From Candidatus Peregrinibacteria bacterium CG_4_9_14_0_2_um_filter_53_11 (GTDB lineage Bacteria; Patescibacteriota; Gracilibacteria; UBA1369; UM-FILTER-53-11): a DNA stretch of 64,000 bases. Each line of letters starts with the position of its first letter. The first letter of the stretch is position 1. Positions 27,556 to 36,663 of the stretch are shown here, piece by piece. The notes under the pieces are model-generated. The model ran no database searches. It had not been told where the DNA came from and was given only the letters and a program-made list of their open reading frames with translations. Made by a program: the position numbers and the translations under genes. The stretch lies in assembly GCA_002788775.1 (NCBI GenBank), contig PFRX01000028.1, positions 18,959 through 82,958 on the forward strand, written 5' to 3'.

Positions 27556-29895
27556 TGCGAGCTGCTCTTCATTGCTAATGACCTCCTGAGGGTTGGTCGT
27601 GACCAGCTTGTCCTCACTATACGAGGCGATGATCTGTATCGCCGCATGCTGGAGGCCGGCGAAGAAAAGTCCCTGGCCCACGCCTGAGTTAAGAAGAAGG
27701 TAGCGCTCCCCTTCTGTGAGATTGAAGACTTTGGCGAGCGGCTCAATCGCCGACGGTGCCTGCTTCAAGAGCAGCTGCATGGAGGAGTTGGTGATGATCG
27801 GCTTACCGAACTCACTCTTCACAAAATCCTCAACATCCTGCGTTATCGTCGTCACACCAAGGTAGTACTTACGAGCCCGCTTCACCAAACCGAAAAGGAA
27901 GCGCGCCGAGTCTTCGTGCTGCATGAGCGACCAGGCCTCATCAATAATAAGGAGACGACGCTTCAGATTAGAGCGGACGCGCGTCCATATGTAATTCAAA
28001 ATAATATACATGGCGATCGGCCGGAGAGCATCCTCAAGATCTCTTATACAGAAGACCATCAGCCCGTTGCTCAGATCGACATTCGAGGGCTTGTTGAATA
28101 TTCCCGAGTAGGTACCGGTCGTGTACTTCTGGAGGCGCTGAGCAAGATCTTGAGCTCCATCCATCGAGGAGAGAATCGACTCGAGATCCTCCATGGTCGG
28201 TGGCGTCTTTTGGGAAGGATCAAGATCGTCCATGGTAATACCCTTAACCGCGTAGGTGTCGTTGAGGGCCTTATCGAGGAGCGCCTCCTCTTGGGGCGAT
28301 AGCTCCCCCATCATAAGCTTGAGCAGGCCCTGGAGGGTTATAATATTACTTCGAAGCAGATCACCGGGCTGAACCTCCTCATTTTCAAGAGGCGGTGGGA
28401 TATCAAAAGGATTAATGCGACGATCTGAGGTAAGAGAGACGCGGAGGTAGGTTCCCCCCACTGTCTGGGTCAGCGTCTCGTACTCGTTTTCAGGGTCGAT
28501 AATAATCACATCGGTTCCGAACATAAGGCTGCGCAAAATCTCCAGCTTAACTGCGTAAGATTTTCCCGCACCGGACTTTGCAAAGACGACCGAGTTGGCA
28601 TTCTCAAGGGTAAAGCGGTCGAAGATGATAAGGCTGTCATTGTGCCGGTTGATACCATAGAGGATTCCATCGTTCCCCGTGAGTGTTGAGGAGTTGAAGG
28701 GGAAGGTGGAAGAAAGAGGCGAGGTGTTCATGTTACGCGTAACCTCGATCTCATCGAGCCCCATGGGCAAGGTTGAGTTGAGGCCCTGCTCGGAGCGAAG
28801 CTCCGTTCCCCGAGTGAGGATCAGCTTTCCTCCCAGTAGACTCTCGATGCGTTTGACGGTCTTATCGAGTAATTTCTCGGACTTTGCATAAAGAGTTATG
28901 TACATCCCGAACTGAAAAAACTTCTCCTGGCCACGCTGGAGCTGCGTGCGCAACTCCTCCGCATCCTGGAGAGCCGTCTCTAGACCGGGATCTCGGACAT
29001 TTCCCTTCTCGGCATCAATTCTCAGTGAGGACTGCATCTGGGCTACCTTGCGCTTAAGCACACGCATAATCGCGGCCGAGTCGATCGGATAGACAAACTG
29101 AGCTACATCCATGGTTGCGTCGAAATTTACCAGTGGACTGAGCCAGTTGGTATCGAGAAAGCGCGGATAGGTAAAGATCACAAATGTCTTGGCATACATG
29201 CCAGAGAGCTTCACTTGGTTGTAACCGATGTCCATCGAAGAAGGAGCGATAAGATCGCGAATACTGGCGAGACCATCTTGAAAGACCTTCTCGGCGTCGA
29301 GAATATCTTTGCGCTCCTCTGTCGTGAGTTTCTCACTGGAGCTCAGAGTTTTCTCTATGGTTTTGCCGGCCTCGTCGCCGGCCTTGGAAGCTTCGGCCTT
29401 CGCCTTATTTTTCTCAACGTGGGCAGCCCACTGTGCCTTTAGTGAGCCGAGGAAGCCAAGCTTTTTGTCTTCCAGCTTCTCGGCCTTTTCCTTGCTGGTT
29501 GGCGTTGCGGTGGAGGCGGGAAGACCGGTGGGAACCTGTGGAGCTTGGGGCGCGACAGCCGGTACTACCGGGGGCGACTCTGGAGTGGGGACCGAGGGAG
29601 GAGAGGCTACCGCGACTGGTTCCGCAGCGGGATTTTCTGGTGGGACTGCTGGGGCATCGACAGAGGCAGAGCTCGCTGAAGGCAGCTCGGGCGTGGGAGC
29701 CGGAGCTTCTGATGGAGCCTCGGCGGGAGTCGCCGGAAGCTCCACCGGAGCAGGCTCGGGAGCAGAAACCTGAACCACCGCCGGTACTGGCGGTGCGAGT
29801 GTCGCAGCGGGAACGGGCAGAGGTGTGTCTGCACTTGCCGGATCACCCGTCTGGCCGCTCGAACTTCCTGTTTGTTTTTGTTCTAGTTCAGACAT
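27547..29895 (-). CDS. VirB4/TrbE/PrgJ-family type IV secretion-like ATPase with Pro/Ala-rich N-terminal extension
   Basis: Walker A VFAKSGAGKSY, Walker B RLLIIDEAWSL, and VirB4-like blocks (GINRHNDSLIIFD, TQDVEDF). The first ~135 aa are low-complexity P/A/E/V. Confidence 0.8.
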   Translation of the reverse strand: MSELEQKQTGSSSGQTGDPASADTPLPVPAATLAPPVPAVVQVSAPEPAPVELPATPAEAPSEAPAPTPELPSASSASVDAPAVPPENPAAEPVAVASPPSVPTPESPPVVPAVAPQAPQVPTGLPASTATPTSKEKAEKLEDKKLGFLGSLKAQWAAHVEKNKAKAEASKAGDEAGKTIEKTLSSSEKLTTEERKDILDAEKVFQDGLASIRDLIAPSSMDIGYNQVKLSGMYAKTFVIFTYPRFLDTNWLSPLVNFDATMDVAQFVYPIDSAAIMRVLKRKVAQMQSSLRIDAEKGNVRDPGLETALQDAEELRTQLQRGQEKFFQFGMYITLYAKSEKLLDKTVKRIESLLGGKLILTRGTELRSEQGLNSTLPMGLDEIEVTRNMNTSPLSSTFPFNSSTLTGNDGILYGINRHNDSLIIFDRFTLENANSVVFAKSGAGKSYAVKLEILRSLMFGTDVIIIDPENEYETLTQTVGGTYLRVSLTSDRRINPFDIPPPLENEEVQPGDLLRSNIITLQGLLKLMMGELSPQEEALLDKALNDTYAVKGITMDDLDPSQKTPPTMEDLESILSSMDGAQDLAQRLQKYTTGTYSGIFNKPSNVDLSNGLMVFCIRDLEDALRPIAMYIILNYIWTRVRSNLKRRLLIIDEAWSLMQHEDSARFLFGLVKRARKYYLGVTTITQDVEDFVKSEFGKPIITNSSMQLLLKQAPSAIEPLAKVFNLTEGERYLLLNSGVGQGLFFAGLQHAAIQIIASYSEDKLVTTNPQEVISNEEQLAKS
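29490..29895 (-). repeat. Low-complexity Pro/Ala/Val/Glu-rich coding tract (N-terminus of the VirB4-like protein)
   Basis: PVPAATLAPPVPAVVQVSAPEPAPVELPATPAEAPSEAPAPTPELP... This tract generates spurious long ORFs in other frames. Confidence 0.7.
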
Positions 29896-29908
29896 AATTT
29901 ATCTAATG

Positions 29909-29937
29909 AGTATAGCAAAAAATGAGAGTTTTTTCCA
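29909..29937 (-). promoter_or_regulatory. Promoter TGGAAA-17-(TGc)TATACT, minus strand, for the VirB4-like gene
   Basis: Extended -10 TGCTATACT (plus-strand agtatagca at 29909-29917). The ATG lies 13 nt downstream of the -10 box. Confidence 0.55.
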
Positions 29938-29976
29938 GCCCTAGTGCTGATTACGACGATAGACTACGAGACGAAA

Positions 29977-30005
29977 TTGCTAATTAAAAATAAAAGTGCT
30001 ATAAT
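29977..30005 (+). promoter_or_regulatory. Promoter TTGCTA-17-(TGc)TATAAT, plus strand
   Basis: -35 at 29977-29982 and consensus -10 at 30000-30005, preceded by TGC. Divergent from the VirB4-like promoter. Confidence 0.7.
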
Positions 30006-30049
30006 GTCAATAGCCCTAGCAGAACCCTCCCCCAACTAAAAACAAAACT

Positions 30050-31075
30050 ATGCCCGCTCCGGAAAATAACGAACAGGTGGACTCCAGCAAGTATCAACGC
30101 GCCAAAAATGAGACGAGCAGAGATCCCGACCAAGTAGGTCAGGATCTTATTGAAGATGCCCTCGGCAAGTGCACTGATGCTCAGGCTCTGGAAAAAACCG
30201 AAGCTGACCCGCGCGCTAGAGCCGTCATCACGAGCATCGTTCGACGCGCCATTCAGCACCAAAAGGCCCAGCAGGAGGAGAATTACTACGACGAGAACCG
30301 AGAAGAGCTCAGCGCCCTCTCCCAATCGGGTGAGCTTCGCGCTCGGATCGCCAACAGCCGGCTCATGCAGGAGACTATCATCCCTGCCCTCAACGCTGCC
30401 TACCAGAGCGGCACCCCCTACCGCTACATTCCCTATTACACCTGGGAAGATGAGGCGGCTCCACATGATGGCTTCGTCCTAAAAGCCGACGACAAGATGA
30501 AAGAAAAGGGCTTTCAAGATATCGACGTCGACTTTGATGAGGAGTTCGGGGAGCTGCTTCCTGCAAAGAGCGCCGTCGCCTCGACCACAGCGAACGAAGC
30601 GGGGGCGGAAGCCCATGAGGTGAGTGGCACAACGTGGAGTGAGGATGAGGGGCGGCTTAACGAAGCTGCAAGTGGGCTCGTTGATAGTGCTACTCCACTC
30701 TTCCCTGAAGATATCGCCGAACTCTGGAAGAAAGTAGAGGCGACGGGGCGGACGATGCCCGAGATTATTGCGGGTTTTTCGGGCACGAGCATGACGCCGG
30801 CAAAGCTCACGGCGATCCTCAACCAGCGGACTAAACTCAGTCCCGACGACTCGCCCGCAGAGCTCGCCGACTTCATCCAAGACCTTCAGGATGCCAACAA
30901 TACGATGGCGACTTATGGAGACATGATGGTTGACCAGAATAGCTACAGAGAGGGGCGTATTCGCCTGGAGATTCTGAGTGAAGGAGTCCAGCCGACCGAC
31001 GAACTCATACAGACAAGGCGTCAGAAAGAAGACCCAACGGATGAAGAGCTCGACTCAATCCCGGAGCTGCGATAA
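30050..31075 (+). CDS. Acidic hypothetical protein (341 aa), no TM or signal peptide
   Basis: ORF downstream of a near-consensus promoter. Glu/Asp-rich. I recognise no motif. Confidence 0.5.
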   Translation: MPAPENNEQVDSSKYQRAKNETSRDPDQVGQDLIEDALGKCTDAQALEKTEADPRARAVITSIVRRAIQHQKAQQEENYYDENREELSALSQSGELRARIANSRLMQETIIPALNAAYQSGTPYRYIPYYTWEDEAAPHDGFVLKADDKMKEKGFQDIDVDFDEEFGELLPAKSAVASTTANEAGAEAHEVSGTTWSEDEGRLNEAASGLVDSATPLFPEDIAELWKKVEATGRTMPEIIAGFSGTSMTPAKLTAILNQRTKLSPDDSPAELADFIQDLQDANNTMATYGDMMVDQNSYREGRIRLEILSEGVQPTDELIQTRRQKEDPTDEELDSIPELR

Positions 31076-31185
31076 GAAAGCCCCACTCCGCGACCAAAAA
31101 AAGTGGATTTTTTGATTGAAAAACTATACAGTCTATAAGGCTGTATTTTCGAGATGGATCTCGCAGCCCTAGAAGAAATCAACTT

Positions 31186-33810
31186 ATGCCACGAAAGACC
31201 ACAATTAAAAGCGACGATCAGGAGAATGAGCTTCCCGAGGATGAACAGTCTGACGGAAACGACGATGGAGAGGGGCAGACCCAGCTTCAGGTAGACGCCG
31301 AGTACGAGAATCGCGACGTTACCAAAGAGATGGAAGAGAGCTACCTCGACTATGCGATGAGCGTTATCGTCTCACGTGCTCTTCCCGATGTCCGTGACGG
31401 TCTCAAGCCGGTACACCGACGTATCTTATATGCCATGCACGAGCTGGGCCTCTCTTCGAGTGCCAAGTTCCGAAAGTCGGCTGCGGTCGTTGGAGACGTG
31501 CTCGGTAAATACCACCCCCATGGCGACAGCGCCGTTTACGACTCCTTGGTTCGTATGGCTCAGGATTTTGCCATGCGCTATCCCCTCGTTCGCGGCCAGG
31601 GTAACTTCGGCTCGATCGACGGAGACTCCGCAGCTGCCATGCGTTATACCGAGGCAAAGCTGGAAGCGCTTGCCGAAGAGATGATGGCAGACATAGAAAA
31701 GGAGACGGTCGACTTCCACGACAACTACGACGGAACGCGCAAAGAGCCGTCCGTTCTTCCTACAAAGGTTCCCCAGCTCCTCCTTAATGGTGTTTCCGGT
31801 ATCGCCGTTGGTATGGCTACCTCGATCCCCCCACACAATCTCACTGAGCTGGTCGATGGGATCTCTCACCTCGCAGATAACCCGGAGGCGACTATTGAAG
31901 ATCTGATGGAGTTCATCAAGGGCCCTGACTTCCCCACCTCCGGCATGATCTATGATCTCAATGCTATAAAAAATATGTACCTCAATGGTCGCGGTGGCAT
32001 TATCATGCGCGCAAAGGCCGAGATCGTAGAGCGGAAGAACGACCGCTTCGACATTATGGTCACCGAGATCCCTTACCAAGTTAACAAGTCCAACCTCATT
32101 TTGAAGATGGCAGATCTCGTCCGCGACAAAAAGATCGTCGGAATTAGTGATATACGAGATCAGTCCAGTAGTAAGGGAATCGAGGTGGTTATTGAGCTCA
32201 AGAAAGATGCCTACCCTCGCAAGATCCTCAATCAGCTCTTCAAGATGACCGACTTGCAGACGAGCTTTAATATGAACATGATAGCGCTCGTCGATGGCAT
32301 TCAGCCCCGCCTCCTCAACCTCAAGCAGGTTTTGGAGTACTTCATCGCGCACCGCAAGGTTACGATCACGCGTCGCACCGAGTACGAGCTTAAGATTGCC
32401 GAAGCCCGCGCTCATATCCTCGAAGGACTGGAGATCGCACTCAACAATATTGATGCGGTTATCGAGACCATTAAGAAGTCCGAGACAAAGGAGATTGCTC
32501 ATGAGGCGTTGATGAAAAAGTTTAAGCTCAGCGAGAAACAGGCCTCGGCCATTCTCGAGATGCGTCTTCAGACTCTTGCCGGACTTGAGCAGCAGAAGAT
32601 CACCGACGAGCTCGCCGAGAAAAAGTTGCTCATTGAAGAGCTCAAGGGCATTTTGGCTGACACGAGCAAGGTCCTCCAAATCATGAAGGACGAGCTGCAG
32701 GAGCTCAAAAAGAAGTTTGGTGATGAGCGCCGCACCAAGATCATTCCTCACGCCGTTGGCGAGATCTCAAGCAAAGATACGATCCCCAATGAGCCGATGG
32801 TAGTTGTCCTGACACGCGAGAACTATATTAAACGAATTCCTCCATCGACCTTCCGCACCCAGCACAGGGGGGGCAAGGGTATTATTGGAATGAAGACCAA
32901 GGATGCCGACGAGATCAAGATCATCCGTCACACACGCAATCACGAAGATCTTCTCTTCTTTACCGACCGAGGGCGCGTCTTTAAACTCCCCGTCTACGAG
33001 ATCCAACAGTCTTCACGAACGGCAAAGGGCCAGGCGATCGTAAACCTCCTGCAGCTCGAGGAGAATGAGGTTGTTACCGCTATTCTTAACATTCCCGAGA
33101 AGTTCACCGGCCAGTACCTCTGTATGGCAACCCGCAAAGGCACCATCAAGAAAACACCGGTAACTGACTTCTCAAATGTCCGCCGAAACGGACTGATCGC
33201 CATCAAGCTTCGCGACGACGATGCACTCGAGTGGGTTCGTGAGCTCAACGAGGGCGAGCAGATTTTCATGGCAACATCAGATGGAAAGAGCATCCGCTTT
33301 AATCAAGATGACGTCCGCCCGATGGGACGCGTCAGCATGGGTGTCCGAGGTATTAGAACCAAGGGCGAGGACTACTGTGTCGATATGGATGTCGTTCGCG
33401 ATCCCGAGAATGCCGAGGTTCTCATCATCATGCAGAATGGTCTTGGCAAGTCGACGAAGATTAGCAACTACCGCCTGCAGGGACGTGGAGGAAGCGGCGT
33501 AAAGACGGCTCGTGTGACAGCCAAGACCGGAAAGATCATTGGAGCAAAGGTGCTTTCTTCCGGTGCAGAGGAAGCCGACCTGATCATGGTGTCAAAGGGT
33601 GGCGTCGTCATACGTCTCAACCTCAACGACATTCCTTCTCAGGGGCGTGCAACTCAGGGGGTTTACCTTATGCGTCTTGAAAAAAATGACTACGTCGCCT
33701 CGACCTCCCTCATCACCCATGAATTTGACGAAGAGACCGAAGTCGACGCTGAGGGTAAGCCTATTGTGAAGCCGGTCAAAACGACTGAAGAACAAGAGGC
33801 ACTTCTCTAA
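31186..33810 (+). CDS. gyrA: DNA gyrase subunit A
   Basis: [19 protein letters not shown], active-site region AAMRYTE, beta-pinwheel C-terminal domain. Acidic ~35-aa N-terminal extension. Confidence 0.97.
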   Translation: MPRKTTIKSDDQENELPEDEQSDGNDDGEGQTQLQVDAEYENRDVTKEMEESYLDYAMSVIVSRALPDVRDGLKPVHRRILYAMHELGLSSSAKFRKSAAVVGDVLGKYHPHGDSAVYDSLVRMAQDFAMRYPLVRGQGNFGSIDGDSAAAMRYTEAKLEALAEEMMADIEKETVDFHDNYDGTRKEPSVLPTKVPQLLLNGVSGIAVGMATSIPPHNLTELVDGISHLADNPEATIEDLMEFIKGPDFPTSGMIYDLNAIKNMYLNGRGGIIMRAKAEIVERKNDRFDIMVTEIPYQVNKSNLILKMADLVRDKKIVGISDIRDQSSSKGIEVVIELKKDAYPRKILNQLFKMTDLQTSFNMNMIALVDGIQPRLLNLKQVLEYFIAHRKVTITRRTEYELKIAEARAHILEGLEIALNNIDAVIETIKKSETKEIAHEALMKKFKLSEKQASAILEMRLQTLAGLEQQKITDELAEKKLLIEELKGILADTSKVLQIMKDELQELKKKFGDERRTKIIPHAVGEISSKDTIPNEPMVVVLTRENYIKRIPPSTFRTQHRGGKGIIGMKTKDADEIKIIRHTRNHEDLLFFTDRGRVFKLPVYEIQQSSRTAKGQAIVNLLQLEENEVVTAILNIPEKFTGQYLCMATRKGTIKKTPVTDFSNVRRNGLIAIKLRDDDALEWVRELNEGEQIFMATSDGKSIRFNQDDVRPMGRVSMGVRGIRTKGEDYCVDMDVVRDPENAEVLIIMQNGLGKSTKISNYRLQGRGGSGVKTARVTAKTGKIIGAKVLSSGAEEADLIMVSKGGVVIRLNLNDIPSQGRATQGVYLMRLEKNDYVASTSLITHEFDEETEVDAEGKPIVKPVKTTEEQEALL

Positions 33811-33828
33811 GAATTTCTCTATCTGTTG

Positions 33829-33837
33829 TGCTATAGT
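33829..33837 (+). promoter_or_regulatory. Extended -10 element TGcTATAGT, 6 nt upstream of the ATG at 33844
   Basis: gtTGCTATAGTcagaccATG. No Shine-Dalgarno sequence. Confidence 0.5.
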
Positions 33838-33843
33838 CAGACC

Positions 33844-35100
33844 ATGAAACGAATATCAATCACCTCGCTCACTGTCGGTCTTCTTACTCTCGCTTTGGCG
33901 CAGGGCGTTTTCGCAAACGACTTGATAATTGATGACGCTCACGTCTCTCTCTCTACCCAAACGCTGATCGAGGGAAAGTCCGTTCGAGTTTACGCGACGG
34001 TCCGCAACGAGGGGACGAGCGACCTTCTGGGTTTTGTCCGCTTCCTCTCAAACAACAGCCCCATTGGAGCAGACCAGCCGATCTCGGTTGTGGCGGGAAA
34101 AGATGACACGGTCTTTGTTGACTGGTCCCCCGTCCCCGGCCCTCAGAATCTCCGCGTGACGATCGTCTCATTCGATGGAAAAGATCAGAATCCTAACAAT
34201 AATGAGGTGAGTAAGGCGGTCTCGGTTCTGGCTGATACCGATAGAGATGGAGTTCCCAACATTAACGATGATGACGATGACAATGATGGCGTGCCGGACG
34301 CACAGGATGCCTTCCCTCTAAATAAAAACGAGTGGCTCGACTCTGACGGCGATGGAGTTGGGGACAACGCTGATCCTGATGATGACAATGATGGCACCCC
34401 AGATGAGCTGGACAACCTTCCACTCAATGCAAACGAGGTACTCGACAACGATAAAGATGGAGTGGGAGACAACCAGGATCCCGATGACGATAATGATGGA
34501 TGGAGCGACATTGAGGAGGTTGCTTATGGTACCGATCCCTTCAAAGCGGATACAGACGGTGATGGGGTTAACGACCCTCAGGATCTCTTCCCTCTAGACC
34601 CAAGCCAGACGCTCGACACGGACGGTGATGGAATCAGCGACGAGCGCGACCTCGACGCGGATAATGATGGAATCCCAAAAGATGAGGACGTCGATGACTC
34701 CAACCAAGGTCCCGATATCGTCATTGACTCCGAAGGCACGACCTTTCAGAGGATAGCCTTCGTCGGCGACCCTATCCGTTTTGAGACGGGTAACTCCCGC
34801 GACCCGGATGGAGAGATAACCAAAGTTGAGTGGAAGATAAACGGTATCAGCGTTGAGAGCAAGGGGGCTGAGCTCCAGCAAAGTTTCGCCGAGTCCGGCC
34901 GTCAGCTCATAACCGTAAAACTCACAGACGATAAAGGCGAGTCACGTGAGAAGGAGTTTGCCATCTATGTTATTACTCCCACTGTACCTTGGATCTCGCT
35001 CCTCATTCTGCTCCTGCTTGTAGCCCTTGCAATTTGGGGAATAGTTACCTATAGTAAGCGTCGTCCCACTAAGGCGGCAAAAAGATCCAAGAACTCCTAA
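33844..35100 (+). CDS. Surface protein: signal peptide, CARDB-like domain, thrombospondin type-3 Ca-binding repeats, PKD-like domain, C-terminal TM anchor
   Basis: MKRISITSLTVGLLTLALAQG signal. Repeated DxDxDGxxDxxD units. PKD-like GDPIRFETGNSRDPDGEI...WKING. C-terminal ISLLILLLLVALAIWGIV followed by a basic tail. Confidence 0.75.
   Translation: MKRISITSLTVGLLTLALAQGVFANDLIIDDAHVSLSTQTLIEGKSVRVYATVRNEGTSDLLGFVRFLSNNSPIGADQPISVVAGKDDTVFVDWSPVPGPQNLRVTIVSFDGKDQNPNNNEVSKAVSVLADTDRDGVPNINDDDDDNDGVPDAQDAFPLNKNEWLDSDGDGVGDNADPDDDNDGTPDELDNLPLNANEVLDNDKDGVGDNQDPDDDNDGWSDIEEVAYGTDPFKADTDGDGVNDPQDLFPLDPSQTLDTDGDGISDERDLDADNDGIPKDEDVDDSNQGPDIVIDSEGTTFQRIAFVGDPIRFETGNSRDPDGEITKVEWKINGISVESKGAELQQSFAESGRQLITVKLTDDKGESREKEFAIYVITPTVPWISLLILLLLVALAIWGIVTYSKRRPTKAAKRSKNS
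34234..34698 (+). repeat. Tandem thrombospondin type-3-like repeat coding units
   Basis: About 6 iterations of D-D/P-DDDNDG-x-PD ... PLN-x-NE-x-LD-x-D-x-DGVGDN. Confidence 0.8.
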
Positions 35101-35109
35101 CGAACTCCC

Positions 35110-35481
35110 ATGAAGACAGCTATACATCCCACCTACTACACAGAAGCAACCGTTATCTGCTCATGCGGCAGCACGACTACGGTCGGCTCCACACAGAAAG
35201 AGCTCAAGACTGAGTTGTGCTCACAGTGCCACCCTTTCTACACAGGTCAGCAGAAGCTCGTTGATACTGCCGGTCGTGTTGATAAGTTTGAGCTCAAGCG
35301 AAAGCGCGCAGAGGCCCTTAAGGCCGAGAAAGAGAAGCGTACCGCCGATAAGAAGGCACCAAAGGTATACAAGGAGAAAGAGGTTCCGGCTGAGGTTTTG
35401 GAGCGTGCTATGGGAGCAAAGGCAGCCGCCGATGAGACTGCTCCTGAAGTGGAGGCTCCCAAGGAAGAGACGGCTGAGTAA
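35110..35481 (+). CDS. rpmE: 50S ribosomal protein L31 (Zn-binding type) with ~55-aa Lys/Glu/Ala-rich C-terminal tail
   Basis: [10 protein letters not shown]...CSCGS...[13 protein letters not shown] core, followed by a long charged extension. Confidence 0.9.
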   Translation: MKTAIHPTYYTEATVICSCGSTTTVGSTQKELKTELCSQCHPFYTGQQKLVDTAGRVDKFELKRKRAEALKAEKEKRTADKKAPKVYKEKEVPAEVLERAMGAKAAADETAPEVEAPKEETAE

Positions 35482-35490
35482 GACAGCTCC

Positions 35491-35519
35491 TTGCCCGACT
35501 AAACTAGCTGAACTATACT
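35491..35519 (+). promoter_or_regulatory. Promoter TTGCCC-17-TATACT, -10 box 7 nt upstream of the aroC ATG
   Basis: -35 at 35491-35496 and -10 at 35514-35519, then gagacca and the ATG at 35527. Confidence 0.5.
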
Positions 35520-35526
35520 GAGACCA

Positions 35527-36663
35527 ATGGGTAATACCTTTGGTCTCTTTTTTCGGGTAACAACATTCGGCGAGTCACACGGAGCCGGCCTTGGCTGTGT
35601 TATCGACGGCTGCCCTCCCAACCTCCCGATCGATCTTGAGCTTCTTCAGCATGAGATGGATCGCCGGCGGCCCGGCCAGTCGGATATTACGACGCCCCGA
35701 AACGAGGGAGACAAGGTGAAGGTACTCTCGGGCATTTTTGAGGGAGTAACCCTCGGAACGCCGATCGCCCTTATGATCGAGAATACCAACCAGCAGTCAA
35801 AGGACTACAGTAAGCTCAAAGACGTCTTCAGACCCGGCCACGCCGACTACACCTGGCAGATGAAGTATGGCATCAGAGATTACCGTGGCGGTGGCCGCTC
35901 ATCGGGCCGCGAGACCTCAGCACGCGTTATGGCCGGTGCCATTGCAAAACAGATTCTGGGCCAGCTGGGGATCAGCGTGATCGCCTTTAGCAGGCAGATC
36001 GGGGAGATTCGAGCTGAAAAAATAGACCTCAGCACCATTGAGAAGAATCTAGTTCGGACGGCAGACCCCGACAAGGCCCCCCTTATGGAGGAGCTTGTCC
36101 TCAAGGCAAAAGAGGAGGGTGACTCGGTTGGTGGGATCGTCGAGCTCCTGATCCAAAACGCGCCCGTGGGTCTGGGTGAGCCGGTTTTCGACAAGATCAA
36201 TGCCGACCTGGCCAAGGCGATCGTCTCTATTCCAACGGTAAAGGGGATTGAGTTCGGCGCGGGATTCGACGTGGCGACAAAAAAGGGCTCGGAAAATAAC
36301 GACACATTTGTTGCCGATAAGGAGAGCGAGGCGGGCATCGGACTGGCTAAAAATGATGCGGGCGGGATCGCCGGAGGCATTACAACCGGCCAGGATATCG
36401 TCATGCGCATAGCGGTCAAGCCCCCTTCCAGCATAAACAAAGAGCAGAAGACGGTGGATGCCCATGGAAACCCGATCACGCTCGAAGTGGGCGGGCGACA
36501 CGACCCCTGCATAATCCCCCGCTTTATACCTGTTGCGGAGAGCATGGCGGCGATCGTCATTCTAGACCACCTCCTCCGCTATCGGGCTCTCTGTCCAGAT
36601 AAAGTCCCCTTCCCCGCGGTGTCTGCTACGTCCCCCAAGGCCGCGCGATCTTCCCGAGCATGA
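35527..36663 (+). CDS. aroC: Chorismate synthase
   Basis: FRVTTFGESHG, RRPGQS, RPGHAD, GGGRSSGRET, GGRHDPC. The last ~20 codons are read out of frame through the livF-like relic. Confidence 0.93.
   Translation: MGNTFGLFFRVTTFGESHGAGLGCVIDGCPPNLPIDLELLQHEMDRRRPGQSDITTPRNEGDKVKVLSGIFEGVTLGTPIALMIENTNQQSKDYSKLKDVFRPGHADYTWQMKYGIRDYRGGGRSSGRETSARVMAGAIAKQILGQLGISVIAFSRQIGEIRAEKIDLSTIEKNLVRTADPDKAPLMEELVLKAKEEGDSVGGIVELLIQNAPVGLGEPVFDKINADLAKAIVSIPTVKGIEFGAGFDVATKKGSENNDTFVADKESEAGIGLAKNDAGGIAGGITTGQDIVMRIAVKPPSSINKEQKTVDAHGNPITLEVGGRHDPCIIPRFIPVAESMAAIVILDHLLRYRALCPDKVPFPAVSATSPKAARSSRA

Noticed and set aside
27547-29895. Interpreting the VirB4-like gene as evidence of a conjugative element or ICE.
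   Set aside because: No relaxase, coupling protein, integrase, VirB6/VirB8-like genes or boundary repeats are visible in the window. It is therefore reported only as an orphan ATPase.
29309-29897. Two 154-aa plus-strand ORFs within the GC-rich region.
   Set aside because: These are artefacts of the Pro/Ala-rich low-complexity coding tract of the VirB4-like gene on the minus strand.
31426-32751. 441-aa ORF antisense to gyrA. Similar long antisense or alternate-frame ORFs occur at 19305-20036 (prfA), 21275-21976 (gyrB), 35880-36560 (aroC), 13760-14239 (aroB/aroA), 43570-44259 (tgt/HD), and 55243-55998, 57382-58008 and 60660-61194 (Rhs).
   Set aside because: Each lies opposite to, or out of frame with, a gene that has unambiguous conserved motifs. 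Their translations are low-complexity (Leu/Val/Gly/Arg-rich), as expected for shadow ORFs in GC-rich DNA.
34234-34698. Regularly spaced repeats that could superficially suggest a CRISPR-like or satellite array. The same applies to 60925-61200 and 29490-29895.
   Set aside because: They lie in frame inside long ORFs and encode TSP3 Ca-binding repeats or P/E/A/V spacers. There is no repeat-spacer structure and there are no cas genes.
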